Virus record (IMG/VR): IMGVR_UViG_3300022936_000008
Length of the DNA stretch: 20,000 nucleotides
Source: an uncultured virus (IMG/VR IMGVR_UViG_3300022936_000008)
Taxonomy: Duplodnaviria; Heunggongvirae; Uroviricota; Caudoviricetes
Direction: 5' to 3' (one strand)
Part shown: in pieces, positions 9,734 through 17,543 of the stretch
How the letters are laid out: each line of letters starts with the position of its first letter
How positions within the stretch are numbered: the stretch's first letter is position 1
Made by a program: the position numbers and the translations under genes
Notes under the pieces: generated by a model
What the model was told of the DNA's origin: nothing
The model's input: the letters and a program-made list of their open reading frames with translations, nothing else
Database searches by the model: none

Positions 9734-10330
9734 TTACTCTGAAAAATTGAAGGCTTTAACTATTACAGGAAATTTGATTAGTGAATTTGAAATTAACTCT
9801 CCGTTAGAATATACATATATGAATACTCTATATGTTTCTAGTTGAACTACTTCGATTTGATAATTTTCTTCTCTGTTAGTAATAGGAGTTACCTGAATTA
9901 CATACTTTAAAGAGGCTGTTGAATCTTGTGCGATGGTTATCATATAAACCCCATCGTCCACAACAGATATAGAGGGGGTTGCATCTTCTGTACCATAATC
10001 GCTATATATAACTTCCATACTCAGTGGAAACCCCGCTTCTTCGCTCATATAAAAGGCAAATGTTTGCTCCTTACTCTGTAAAGAACCTTGTATAGGTGTC
10101 CAATTTCCATCCTGTCTTGCATATTGTAGCCCATTTTCAGGAGCATCGGGAATACCTCCACCGCTTTGAATTTGTGACCAATCTCCGTCTTTACGTCCAT
10201 AACTATTACCGTCTTGCGGAGCGTCAATAAATACATTACCTTTTAACTCATTTAATATATTCTTCAATTTATTTATTAAATCAAAGAAATTTAAGTCTTT
10301 TATTTTCTGTGTTAGAGTTTTCTCTGCCAT
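9734..10330 (-). CDS. Trimeric fibre protein with tandem fibritin foldon-like motifs
   Basis: Start reassigned from the track's 10351 to ATG 10330 (MAEKTL..., context TAAAAATG, 2 nt after the upstream stop). Contains DAPQDGNSYGRKDGDW and DAPENGLQYARQDGNW. Confidence 0.7.
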   Translation of the reverse strand: MAEKTLTQKIKDLNFFDLINKLKNILNELKGNVFIDAPQDGNSYGRKDGDWSQIQSGGGIPDAPENGLQYARQDGNWTPIQGSLQSKEQTFAFYMSEEAGFPLSMEVIYSDYGTEDATPSISVVDDGVYMITIAQDSTASLKYVIQVTPITNREENYQIEVVQLETYRVFIYVYSNGELISNSLIKFPVIVKAFNFSE

Positions 10331-10332
10331 TT

Positions 10333-10695
10333 TTATTCTTCTGGTGGACAAGTGCCTGTTTGTAAATCTACTATTTGAGCTTGCATTTCTGTAATTGAAG
10401 TTGCTTGCTCTGTTATTGTAGTTTGTTGTTCACACATAAACGTAATGATTGTTTGAAATAAGTTTTTTACGTTTAATGTAGTGGGTAGTGTAATACATCC
10501 ATTTTCTAACTCTGTTAGATCGCTTTCTGAAAACAGCTTATCAATTAAAGTGGTCACATCTACTAAAACTTGTTCTACATCTACACATTGGGATGTAATT
10601 TCTGTTTGTTCTGAGAGTATCCCATCATAGTCTATACAGGCTGAGTTTTTTCTTGCCCCGCAAGTCGATTTTTTAGTGTTTCCGCAATTATTCAT
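10333..10695 (-). CDS. Small structural/fibre-base protein (Cx7CI motif plus coiled coil)
   Basis: 120 aa containing CGARKNSACIDYDG and C-terminal heptads ITEQATSITEMQAQIVDLQ. Confidence 0.6.
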   Translation of the reverse strand: MNNCGNTKKSTCGARKNSACIDYDGILSEQTEITSQCVDVEQVLVDVTTLIDKLFSESDLTELENGCITLPTTLNVKNLFQTIITFMCEQQTTITEQATSITEMQAQIVDLQTGTCPPEE

Positions 10696-10704
10696 ATTTT
10701 TTAT

Positions 10705-13700
10705 TTATTTTAAAACAGTGATTTTAAAATCTGCTGCTGCAAAATCGTGTGCAGCCATCGGGTCGTTATTTTGGAATCTAACCGATACCGTATTCGTTGC
10801 AGATACCCAAGCCAAAAAACCTACATTGTAAGTAAGTCCTGTTAATAATGAATTTGGTAGTCCTAACACTACCGCATCCCCAACAGTTGCGCCTGTAACA
10901 GTAACGGTTAGCACCGCGTTTTGATTCATTAATACATTTGGAAAATTAAGATTTGCCGTTGCGGTCAAACTCATTGTACCAATTGCTGTGACATTTGAAT
11001 TAAACCCATTTGTCGCGGAAGAATTATATACCCTTACCCTACCAGCAACCGAAGCGGTAATTGCCCCTGATGTAGTTGTATTTTGAATAATGCCTATTCC
11101 TGTATCAACTCCGCCTATTGCTGAGTGTGAAAATATAATGTCAGAATTGCCGTATCTCGCAGTACATCCGCTTATCAATGAATGTGAATTACCTACGTCA
11201 GCAATTGCCCCTGTTCCATTCCATTCGTAATAGCAGTCGTAACGTTCGATATTGACATCATCGTGTGCGGAACTCCCCTCGTCAAAATGATCGTGAGAAT
11301 AACTATTAATTTCTTTCACTCTGGCATTTCCACCCAGCCCAAAACCATCTTCGTGACTTGCGGCGGCTTCACAATTTTCAAATGTTATTGATGCTGTGTT
11401 AGCCGAACCGCCAACCAAGAAACAAGTAGAGTTGCTGAATTTTGACGAAACATTTTTTAAATAGGTATCAGTTGTAAGATTTGTGAAAAATAAACCACCA
11501 TATTGGAAATTGATATTTTCTACGGATGCTTGTCTTATATAAATCGTTTGGTCTGGAATTACAATAGGATTGACAGTTAAATCTGAGCCTGTTGTTTTTG
11601 AAAAATAAAAATCAGTTCCTATGTTGAACCACTTCAAAACGGTTGATGCCTCAATATCTGCCAATGATGCAGCCTTTACCATTTTTGTCGATGAAAGTCG
11701 GTGCGTTTTGTTTTTGTGGATTGGATGCCTGTCTGCGTTTGTGATTGCGGTTGCAGCATCGTTAATGTCGTGTTGCCATACTTCTAATGTTCCGGGGGGT
11801 AATGTAATTCCGGTAGTTTTATAGACTTTTGTATAGCCACCTTCCAGCGTTCCCGATGTAACTTTTATGCCGTTTAAAATTCTAACAACTTCCGAACCAT
11901 AAGCCGATAATTTTATATTTCTGTAACTTAGTACGTTTGTGTTTTCTGACGGATAGTCGCCGCCACGCATTAATATTTCTCCGCCCGACCAATATAAAAT
12001 ACTATTTGCTTTTGAAATTGTTCTGAATGGTTTACCTAAAGTTCCATCCCCTGTTGTGTCATTTCCTGATAAACTAACAAAGGCTTTTTTTGGCTCAACA
12101 TAAGTGTTTCCAAATGTTTCAAATGGCAATATTTCCGTGCCTTCTGAAATCATCACAGTATTTTTATACGGACTTGTTGACGGGGACGTTCCTACGCCTG
12201 TTTGGTTGACGATTGTAACCGCAAAAGTAACTGTTCCTGCTGGCGGTGTGAATGTGAACGGCGCGGCGCTCGTATATGGCGCGCCCGACAAAACGGAAAT
12301 CAGCGCATTTGAAGCGTCATAAAATAAAATCCTTGCTGCCGTATTACCAATTGTTCCTAATCCCGAAATAGTTTTTGGGTTTAGATTTACGATAGGCTGT
12401 TTATTTAACGAAAGGTGATTGGTAACGTTTACGTAAACGCCGTCAGTTTGATAAAAACCCGCCTGAATGAAAGACGAATTATCCGATATATTGTTCGATG
12501 TTCTGATAATCGGAAGTGATGCCTGATTTACAATTGTATTAGAAGCAGTCGAGTTTGTCGCATAAATTAAAGCTGTACCTGCTGGATTTACCTGTAATAT
12601 TTGGTTTGCTGTACCTATTGTGCTTAATCCTGTGCCACCCTGTGTCGTTGGAACAATATTTACATAACTTGTAGTTGTACCTGTTTTTCTCAGAAATCCT
12701 GTTCCCGATTGTATCGGCTCGGCTCCTATGTAAGTTCTTGCATTTGCCGCACTCGTTTGCGTTAATACACCACGTCCAAATGTGTCAGTTGTCAATGCCG
12801 AAATAGCTGTCAAGTCTGAATCTAATGGCTGTAATCCGTTGTTTGCAGCATCAACCGTTAGAAATTTTACACCAGTACCATCCGGTGTAAGCGAATTCTG
12901 CTTGTTGGATGAATTTTCTTTTAAAGCAATTGCCGCGTTAGTGGTTGCGTCAGATTGATTTGCCGTTGCTCCTGTGGCTATTCCTGCGAGTTTGGTAATT
13001 GAAGCCGCGTCCGTAAATTTATGTGTAGTCCCAGAATCAGAAATATCGTCAGCATCTAAAACTACATCACCTACTTCTCCATTTACCGAAGTTATTGGTA
13101 TTGCTTGAGGAAAGGGTTGTCCGTTTATTGTACCTACATCTTCTAAATCAAACCCTTGCATGTCCAAATTTGATGTAGCAGGATTTTGAAAAGTTGTTGT
13201 TATTTTTGCTTTTTCTTCGGCGGTTATTAATCCGGCATTTATATTATCAGCTAGTGGTATTATAGCTCCTGTTCCTGTATCTGATTGTACTATTCCTTGT
13301 GTAGGTGCTGCACTGTAAGACAGGTTTGTTACACCACTAATTTCAGGAAACGGTTGTGGGTTGCCTTGTCCATCCAAATAATCTTGGTCTGTACCTGTTG
13401 GTTTATCAAATTTTGTATCTAATAAGGAAACCATTTCAGAGTTTGTTACGTACCCGGCATCATTACTTAATAGGGAAATATTATCACCTGTTTTTAGTGC
13501 CGCAGAAATAGCATTTAGTAAAGTTGTAGATACATCTATTGAAAATGTCTGTCCTGATAGTTGAATTGATATACTATTATTAGGTGAATTTATAATCACC
13601 TCTCCTTGACTATTTTCGGCTGTGCCTACAAGCCTTAAAATACTTCTTCTGTCAGTCACATATAATTTTACCGAATCCCCTATTCTTACGATATAAATTG

Positions 13701-13776
13701 AATTGGGGTATAATTGACAATCTGACGGCATAGATGTCAGCCAGAAAAATGGAGGGTTAGTTGTGCAGTGTTTCAT
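10705..13776 (-). CDS. Tailspike / receptor-binding protein with right-handed beta-helix (candidate polysaccharide depolymerase)
   Basis: 1023 aa. Shaft motifs SVNGEVGDVVL and GGTGLSTIG; cap FVSLSGNDTTGDGTLGKPFRTISKA (12007-12084) plus ILMRGGDY; beta-helix rungs with EDGF, HDHFDEGSSAHDD and DCYYEWNG; C-terminal TVTVTGATVGDAV...WVSATNTVSVRF domain. Confidence 0.7.
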   Translation of the reverse strand: MKHCTTNPPFFWLTSMPSDCQLYPNSIYIVRIGDSVKLYVTDRRSILRLVGTAENSQGEVIINSPNNSISIQLSGQTFSIDVSTTLLNAISAALKTGDNISLLSNDAGYVTNSEMVSLLDTKFDKPTGTDQDYLDGQGNPQPFPEISGVTNLSYSAAPTQGIVQSDTGTGAIIPLADNINAGLITAEEKAKITTTFQNPATSNLDMQGFDLEDVGTINGQPFPQAIPITSVNGEVGDVVLDADDISDSGTTHKFTDAASITKLAGIATGATANQSDATTNAAIALKENSSNKQNSLTPDGTGVKFLTVDAANNGLQPLDSDLTAISALTTDTFGRGVLTQTSAANARTYIGAEPIQSGTGFLRKTGTTTSYVNIVPTTQGGTGLSTIGTANQILQVNPAGTALIYATNSTASNTIVNQASLPIIRTSNNISDNSSFIQAGFYQTDGVYVNVTNHLSLNKQPIVNLNPKTISGLGTIGNTAARILFYDASNALISVLSGAPYTSAAPFTFTPPAGTVTFAVTIVNQTGVGTSPSTSPYKNTVMISEGTEILPFETFGNTYVEPKKAFVSLSGNDTTGDGTLGKPFRTISKANSILYWSGGEILMRGGDYPSENTNVLSYRNIKLSAYGSEVVRILNGIKVTSGTLEGGYTKVYKTTGITLPPGTLEVWQHDINDAATAITNADRHPIHKNKTHRLSSTKMVKAASLADIEASTVLKWFNIGTDFYFSKTTGSDLTVNPIVIPDQTIYIRQASVENINFQYGGLFFTNLTTDTYLKNVSSKFSNSTCFLVGGSANTASITFENCEAAASHEDGFGLGGNARVKEINSYSHDHFDEGSSAHDDVNIERYDCYYEWNGTGAIADVGNSHSLISGCTARYGNSDIIFSHSAIGGVDTGIGIIQNTTTSGAITASVAGRVRVYNSSATNGFNSNVTAIGTMSLTATANLNFPNVLMNQNAVLTVTVTGATVGDAVVLGLPNSLLTGLTYNVGFLAWVSATNTVSVRFQNNDPMAAHDFAAADFKITVLK

Positions 13777-13780
13777 AATT

Positions 13781-14089
13781 TTACCAATTGATTTCGCCTA
13801 CTGTTGGTAGCTCAAAATCGCAATAATTTTCTTTTTTTGTTTGTTTTTTAATTGTTTTTTCTCTGAGTTGTCCGTTAATTTTCTTCTCTATTAAATTTAC
13901 CATTTTGCAATTCTGTGGACAAAGTATTCTATGAAAAATCATAGCGTGGTTTATTCTATCTCTTTCAGGTTTTACGCCCACCATAAAGTATTTATGATAG
14001 AAATAAGAATCGACCATTTGCAAAAGATTGTCTTCTACTTCTTCCGCGTATCTCTCTCTTGATAATTTTAATATTGAAGTTGCGCTCAT
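13781..14089 (-). CDS. Hypothetical protein, probably virion-associated
   Basis: 102 aa, ATGA-coupled to the upstream gene, between the hub-like gene and the tailspike. Confidence 0.55.
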   Translation of the reverse strand: MSATSILKLSRERYAEEVEDNLLQMVDSYFYHKYFMVGVKPERDRINHAMIFHRILCPQNCKMVNLIEKKINGQLREKTIKKQTKKENYCDFELPTVGEINW

Positions 14090-14616
14090 TTACAAATTAA
14101 CTTTTGAACTTCTCTAAAACACTTGTCAGCCATTACAAAATCACCTCTTCTTGTAAAAGCCTCTGAAGATTTAAGCATAAATTCTATATTAGATAGTCTT
14201 TCTCTTAAATTTTTATCTACAACAGAATATTCAATATTTGCTCTCACATACATTTCATCTATTTCTAAACGAATTGTGTCTGTTTTAAGATAGTATCTTT
14301 TTTTATTATATGAAGTTGGTGAGCCTTCTAATATAAATTGATACACTCCATCAGGTAAATCAATTAAATCCTGATTATCTACACAACTCTCTAAACAAGA
14401 CAATTGTAAGTTTGTGCTGTTTAATACATTAACTCTGTGTTTAATCCAAGTATGAATTATTTCTTTTGAACTTCCCGGTAAAATAATTTTTATAACCGCT
14501 GGTTTTGTTTCTAAAATTTTCCATTGTGAGTTGTCTGCCAGAATAATTATTTTTGGATCGTCACTTTCATAGATGTTAAAATCAATTATCGGAGTACCTA
14601 TTATATTTTCTGCCAT
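14086..14616 (-). CDS. Structural protein, possible tail-fibre hub
   Basis: Likely start is ATG 14616 (MAENIIG, context AAAACAATG), because the track's 14649 start lies inside a hairpin. Beta-rich N-terminal part with LPDGVYQFIL, then a helical C-terminus ending in Cys-Lys. The hub function is inferred from position. Confidence 0.5.
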   Translation of the reverse strand: MAENIIGTPIIDFNIYESDDPKIIILADNSQWKILETKPAVIKIILPGSSKEIIHTWIKHRVNVLNSTNLQLSCLESCVDNQDLIDLPDGVYQFILEGSPTSYNKKRYYLKTDTIRLEIDEMYVRANIEYSVVDKNLRERLSNIEFMLKSSEAFTRRGDFVMADKCFREVQKLICK

Positions 14617-14631
14617 TGTTTTGGTTTTTAA

Positions 14632-14654
14632 AGGCGGTAACTTAATCACCGCCT
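14632..14654 (-). terminator. GC-rich hairpin (weak terminator or RNA processing/stability element)
   Basis: Minus strand AGGCGGT-GATTAAGTT-ACCGCCT followed by only TT, in the spacer after the 597-aa gene. Confidence 0.5.
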
Positions 14655-14665
14655 GTTTTTATTAT

Positions 14666-16459
14666 TTAATATGTTTCAAATCCTGTGACGTACGTTACAG
14701 ATGCTGTACCTGTTATGGCCGTCCTGATTCTTGTGAGCGCGTTTGCCGGAATATTTGCTAATAAAATTCCTGTCTGCCCATTTGTTAGTTGCAACGTAAC
14801 TGTAATTCCAACCCCGCTAGAGTTTCCATTTTGAGCAGGTAGTTTCCAAGTTACTCCTCCATCTGTTGAATACTCTATATAAGCTGATGCTGATGAAGTT
14901 CCTATTAAAAGTGGATTTGTTACCGAGCACGTTACTGTATAACCTACAATTGCTTGTTTTGTACTGGAAATTGTAAAATTGGTATTTAAAGGACGTGATA
15001 CAATTGCAGTTGTTGGTTCTATGTAAGCGATTGTGAAATTTGGGTATGTACCTGTAATACTTATTCTGTTACCGGGGGTCAAAGTCACTGTCTGATCAGG
15101 GGCTGTGTTAGTTATAGTGTTTCCTGAAATTCCAATTCCTGTGCCTTGCGTGTAACTATTTGTTGGGAGCGTTATTGTATTTCCCCCATTAGTTAGCGTC
15201 AAGCTTTGCCCTGCAATTGAAAGTTGTTGTATTTCATTTGTTGTAGAACCGTCCACTTCTGATGTTAAATAAGTTCCCTTACTTTGATACAGCGCATCTG
15301 CCTGAGCAGTTGTTGAATAATTTGTTTTTTGTACCGACCAAATTGGGTCTGTTTCTGTGTATCCTGTAATAAATCCAGAGTTATTTGTCAATTGTTCTGT
15401 ACTGCTTGGTATTACAGGCTTACCTGATAATGTGGAATATGGTATAGTCGCACCAACTTCTATTTTATTATCCAAACTTATTTGCAGACCTGTCACATCA
15501 CTAATTGCATGCGTGTGGGCAATTGGGACAAAAGTTGTTGGAATGCCTGTCAAAGAGCCATAAGCACCATTAAACAAAGTGGGTTTTCCTGTGATCTCAC
15601 TATATGTTGGAGTATATCCAATAGGTTTATAGAGTGCATCTGAAGCTGTTTTTGTTGAATAGCTTGACTTCTCCGACATCCAAACAGGGTCTGTTTCACT
15701 TGTTAAATAACTCCCTAAATTCGGCTTGTTACTTAAACTATTATAATTCCCGTCAAAGAACGATGGTTTGCCTGATATATCTGTCCATGTTGGCACGTAT
15801 GAAACAGGTTTGTATAATCCTGCGTGATTTCCCCAACCATAAGCAATGTTCCAATTTGATGTTTGCGCACCTGTAATTGATTTTGCTGCGGTACTCACTG
15901 TTGGGTCTAACTCTGTTAGTGTTTTTAAAAACGTTGCGTCTGCCTGTGTTTTTGTGTAGACGTTTGTTGTTTCGGCTTTTGTACCCACTATATCCATTAT
16001 AGAATCAATGGATGTATTGGCTTTGGCAACTGTCATCATTAAATCCTGATTTATATCAAACTTATAATGATTTGGTGAAGTTGTAACTTTTGAAAGTCCG
16101 AACCCCTCCATGTAAATATCTTGGTCAACAACTTGCGATTTAGATATTTTAACTTCTGAAAATGGCGATTTTTTAAATGTTCCCAGAGCATCTGACCAAA
16201 AGATGTTTGTGGGTTGTCCGTCATTCTTAGCCGAGGTAAATTTAGAAAATCTAATTGTTGGGTAATGACTGTAAAAATAAAGGGAATCCTTATAGACACT
16301 TGTAACTTTTCTGTTTCCTGCCGCGCTCGTAGGTGAGCCAACGACATATGTTTCTGTTGTTTGATTTGAGCCATTATTTCCGGTGGCTACGTACCCAGTT
16401 TGTGCTTGTAAAAATGTTGTAAAAAATAAGAGCGTTAAAATTGAAAAGGTTCTGTTCAC
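14666..16459 (-). CDS. Fibre-like repeat protein with an N-terminal Sec signal peptide
   Basis: 597 aa from a GTG start. N-terminus MNRTFSILTLLFFTTFLQA|QT. Repeats: E(T/L)DP x3, (W/Y)xx(I/L)xx(K/I)P x5, HTHAISDVTGL, EVDGSTTNEIQQLS. Beta-rich C-terminal domain. Confidence 0.7.
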   Translation of the reverse strand: MNRTFSILTLLFFTTFLQAQTGYVATGNNGSNQTTETYVVGSPTSAAGNRKVTSVYKDSLYFYSHYPTIRFSKFTSAKNDGQPTNIFWSDALGTFKKSPFSEVKISKSQVVDQDIYMEGFGLSKVTTSPNHYKFDINQDLMMTVAKANTSIDSIMDIVGTKAETTNVYTKTQADATFLKTLTELDPTVSTAAKSITGAQTSNWNIAYGWGNHAGLYKPVSYVPTWTDISGKPSFFDGNYNSLSNKPNLGSYLTSETDPVWMSEKSSYSTKTASDALYKPIGYTPTYSEITGKPTLFNGAYGSLTGIPTTFVPIAHTHAISDVTGLQISLDNKIEVGATIPYSTLSGKPVIPSSTEQLTNNSGFITGYTETDPIWSVQKTNYSTTAQADALYQSKGTYLTSEVDGSTTNEIQQLSIAGQSLTLTNGGNTITLPTNSYTQGTGIGISGNTITNTAPDQTVTLTPGNRISITGTYPNFTIAYIEPTTAIVSRPLNTNFTISSTKQAIVGYTVTCSVTNPLLIGTSSASAYIEYSTDGGVTWKLPAQNGNSSGVGITVTLQLTNGQTGILLANIPANALTRIRTAITGTASVTYVTGFETY

Positions 16460-16479
16460 TATAGATTTGGGTTATTAAG

Positions 16480-17304
16480 TTACGGTTTTGCTGACCACCA
16501 AACTATTGCTGTTGTTTCTAATGGTGGACTGTCGAATGTTATAATTATATTAGTTGCATTTGTTGTTACTAAGTAAGATCTCATTTCTAATGAGCGTGTA
16601 TCGTCGAAATTAAAAGATATGAATGCAGGATCTACTCCTAATCCGTGAGGAATTGTTATTGTACCTAATGATGGGTTTATTGTTTGTTTTCCTGAATTAC
16701 CAGTATCAGAAATCATTGCGAAAGTTTGTTCGCCTGTTTTACCCGGTAACTGAGCGTTATAAGGCGTTGTCACATTGTCAGACTTTATATTTACAGCAAC
16801 CCCCCCATCAGATTCTGGCCTTGTTTGTAATTGAACACCGAATGGCGCACCAATATTAACAGATCGTCCGCTGTCCACTATTCCAATACCGCTGGCTGGG
16901 CCGGAATCAGGAGTTATAACAACAAGGGTACCCGAATCAGGGTCGCCCACGATTATAGGATTTGTAGTAGTCGATCCCAAGTCAGTAACCCCTTGTAAGT
17001 CTTGAGAACCACCTCCCCCGCCCGTTGCTGAAATAATAGGGTTTAACGGATCGGCATTATTTACAGATATATTTGTACCTGCCTGAATAGATGCAATACC
17101 GCCTCCTGAGCCGCTCGCATTGATTAAAATTGGGTCTTCTTCTGTCCCTGTTCCTGTAAAGTTTATGTTTGTCCCCGCCTCATAAAACTTTTTGCCTGCC
17201 AATCCCTGATAATATAATCCAAGAAGTATCTCTTTTATAGATGGAAGATGATTCCACCACAATAAAGTAGTTATTTTTTCAAGGAGTGTTTTTTGCTTAG
17301 CCAT
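16480..17304 (-). CDS. Fibre protein (head or tail fibre)
   Basis: 274 aa. Tandem AGTNI...PxI(N/S)A(S/T)G repeats, LQGVTDLGSTTTNPI shaft motif, and a C-terminal TITIPHGLGVDP tip domain. Confidence 0.65.
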   Translation of the reverse strand: MAKQKTLLEKITTLLWWNHLPSIKEILLGLYYQGLAGKKFYEAGTNINFTGTGTEEDPILINASGSGGGIASIQAGTNISVNNADPLNPIISATGGGGGSQDLQGVTDLGSTTTNPIIVGDPDSGTLVVITPDSGPASGIGIVDSGRSVNIGAPFGVQLQTRPESDGGVAVNIKSDNVTTPYNAQLPGKTGEQTFAMISDTGNSGKQTINPSLGTITIPHGLGVDPAFISFNFDDTRSLEMRSYLVTTNATNIIITFDSPPLETTAIVWWSAKP

Positions 17305-17542
17305 TGATTACTTCATTTACTTTACTTTCTAAATTATCCAACCTTGTTTCGGTTGCTGTCTTTAGTGCTTCTATTGCCGCTCTTGCTGCTGCCAAATCTG
17401 CTAGTGTAGCAGGGGTACTAGGAAGATTTGTAGTTGTTCCAAATGGTGTTACATTAGAAGTAAATAGTTTTTTTAAATCTGGGATTAAATTGAAAAATGA
17501 TAATCCTTTTAGTATTTGTACTTTTGTTTTTTCTGCGGCCAT
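17297..17542 (-). CDS. Short fibre/decoration protein with a coiled coil
   Basis: 81 aa with C-terminal heptads LAAARAAIEALKTATETRLDNLESKVNEV. Its N-terminus is homologous to those of two other fibre ORFs. Confidence 0.6.
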   Translation of the reverse strand: MAAEKTKVQILKGLSFFNLIPDLKKLFTSNVTPFGTTTNLPSTPATLADLAAARAAIEALKTATETRLDNLESKVNEVING

Positions 17543-17543
17543 T

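Noticed and set aside
7668..14629. 11-bp inverted repeat AAAAACCAAAA (7668-7678) / TTTTGGTTTTT (14619-14629) around the spike cluster
   Set aside because: It is low-complexity A/T sequence expected by chance in these spacers, and the right copy doubles as an A-rich translation start region.
10331..14649. Track start sites at 10351 and 14649
   Set aside because: 10351 overlaps the upstream gene and precedes the conserved MAEKT motif, and 14649 lies inside a hairpin. ATG 10330 and ATG 14616 have better A-rich contexts.
15170..15930. CRISPR-like or DNA tandem repeat array within the 597-aa gene
   Set aside because: The repeats are degenerate protein-level motifs (ETDP, GKP) with diverged codons, not identical DNA repeats with spacers.
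7686..17542. Diversity-generating retroelement or shufflon acting on the fibre tips
   Set aside because: I saw no reverse transcriptase, no template/variable repeat pair differing at adenines, and no inverted alternative C-terminal cassettes.
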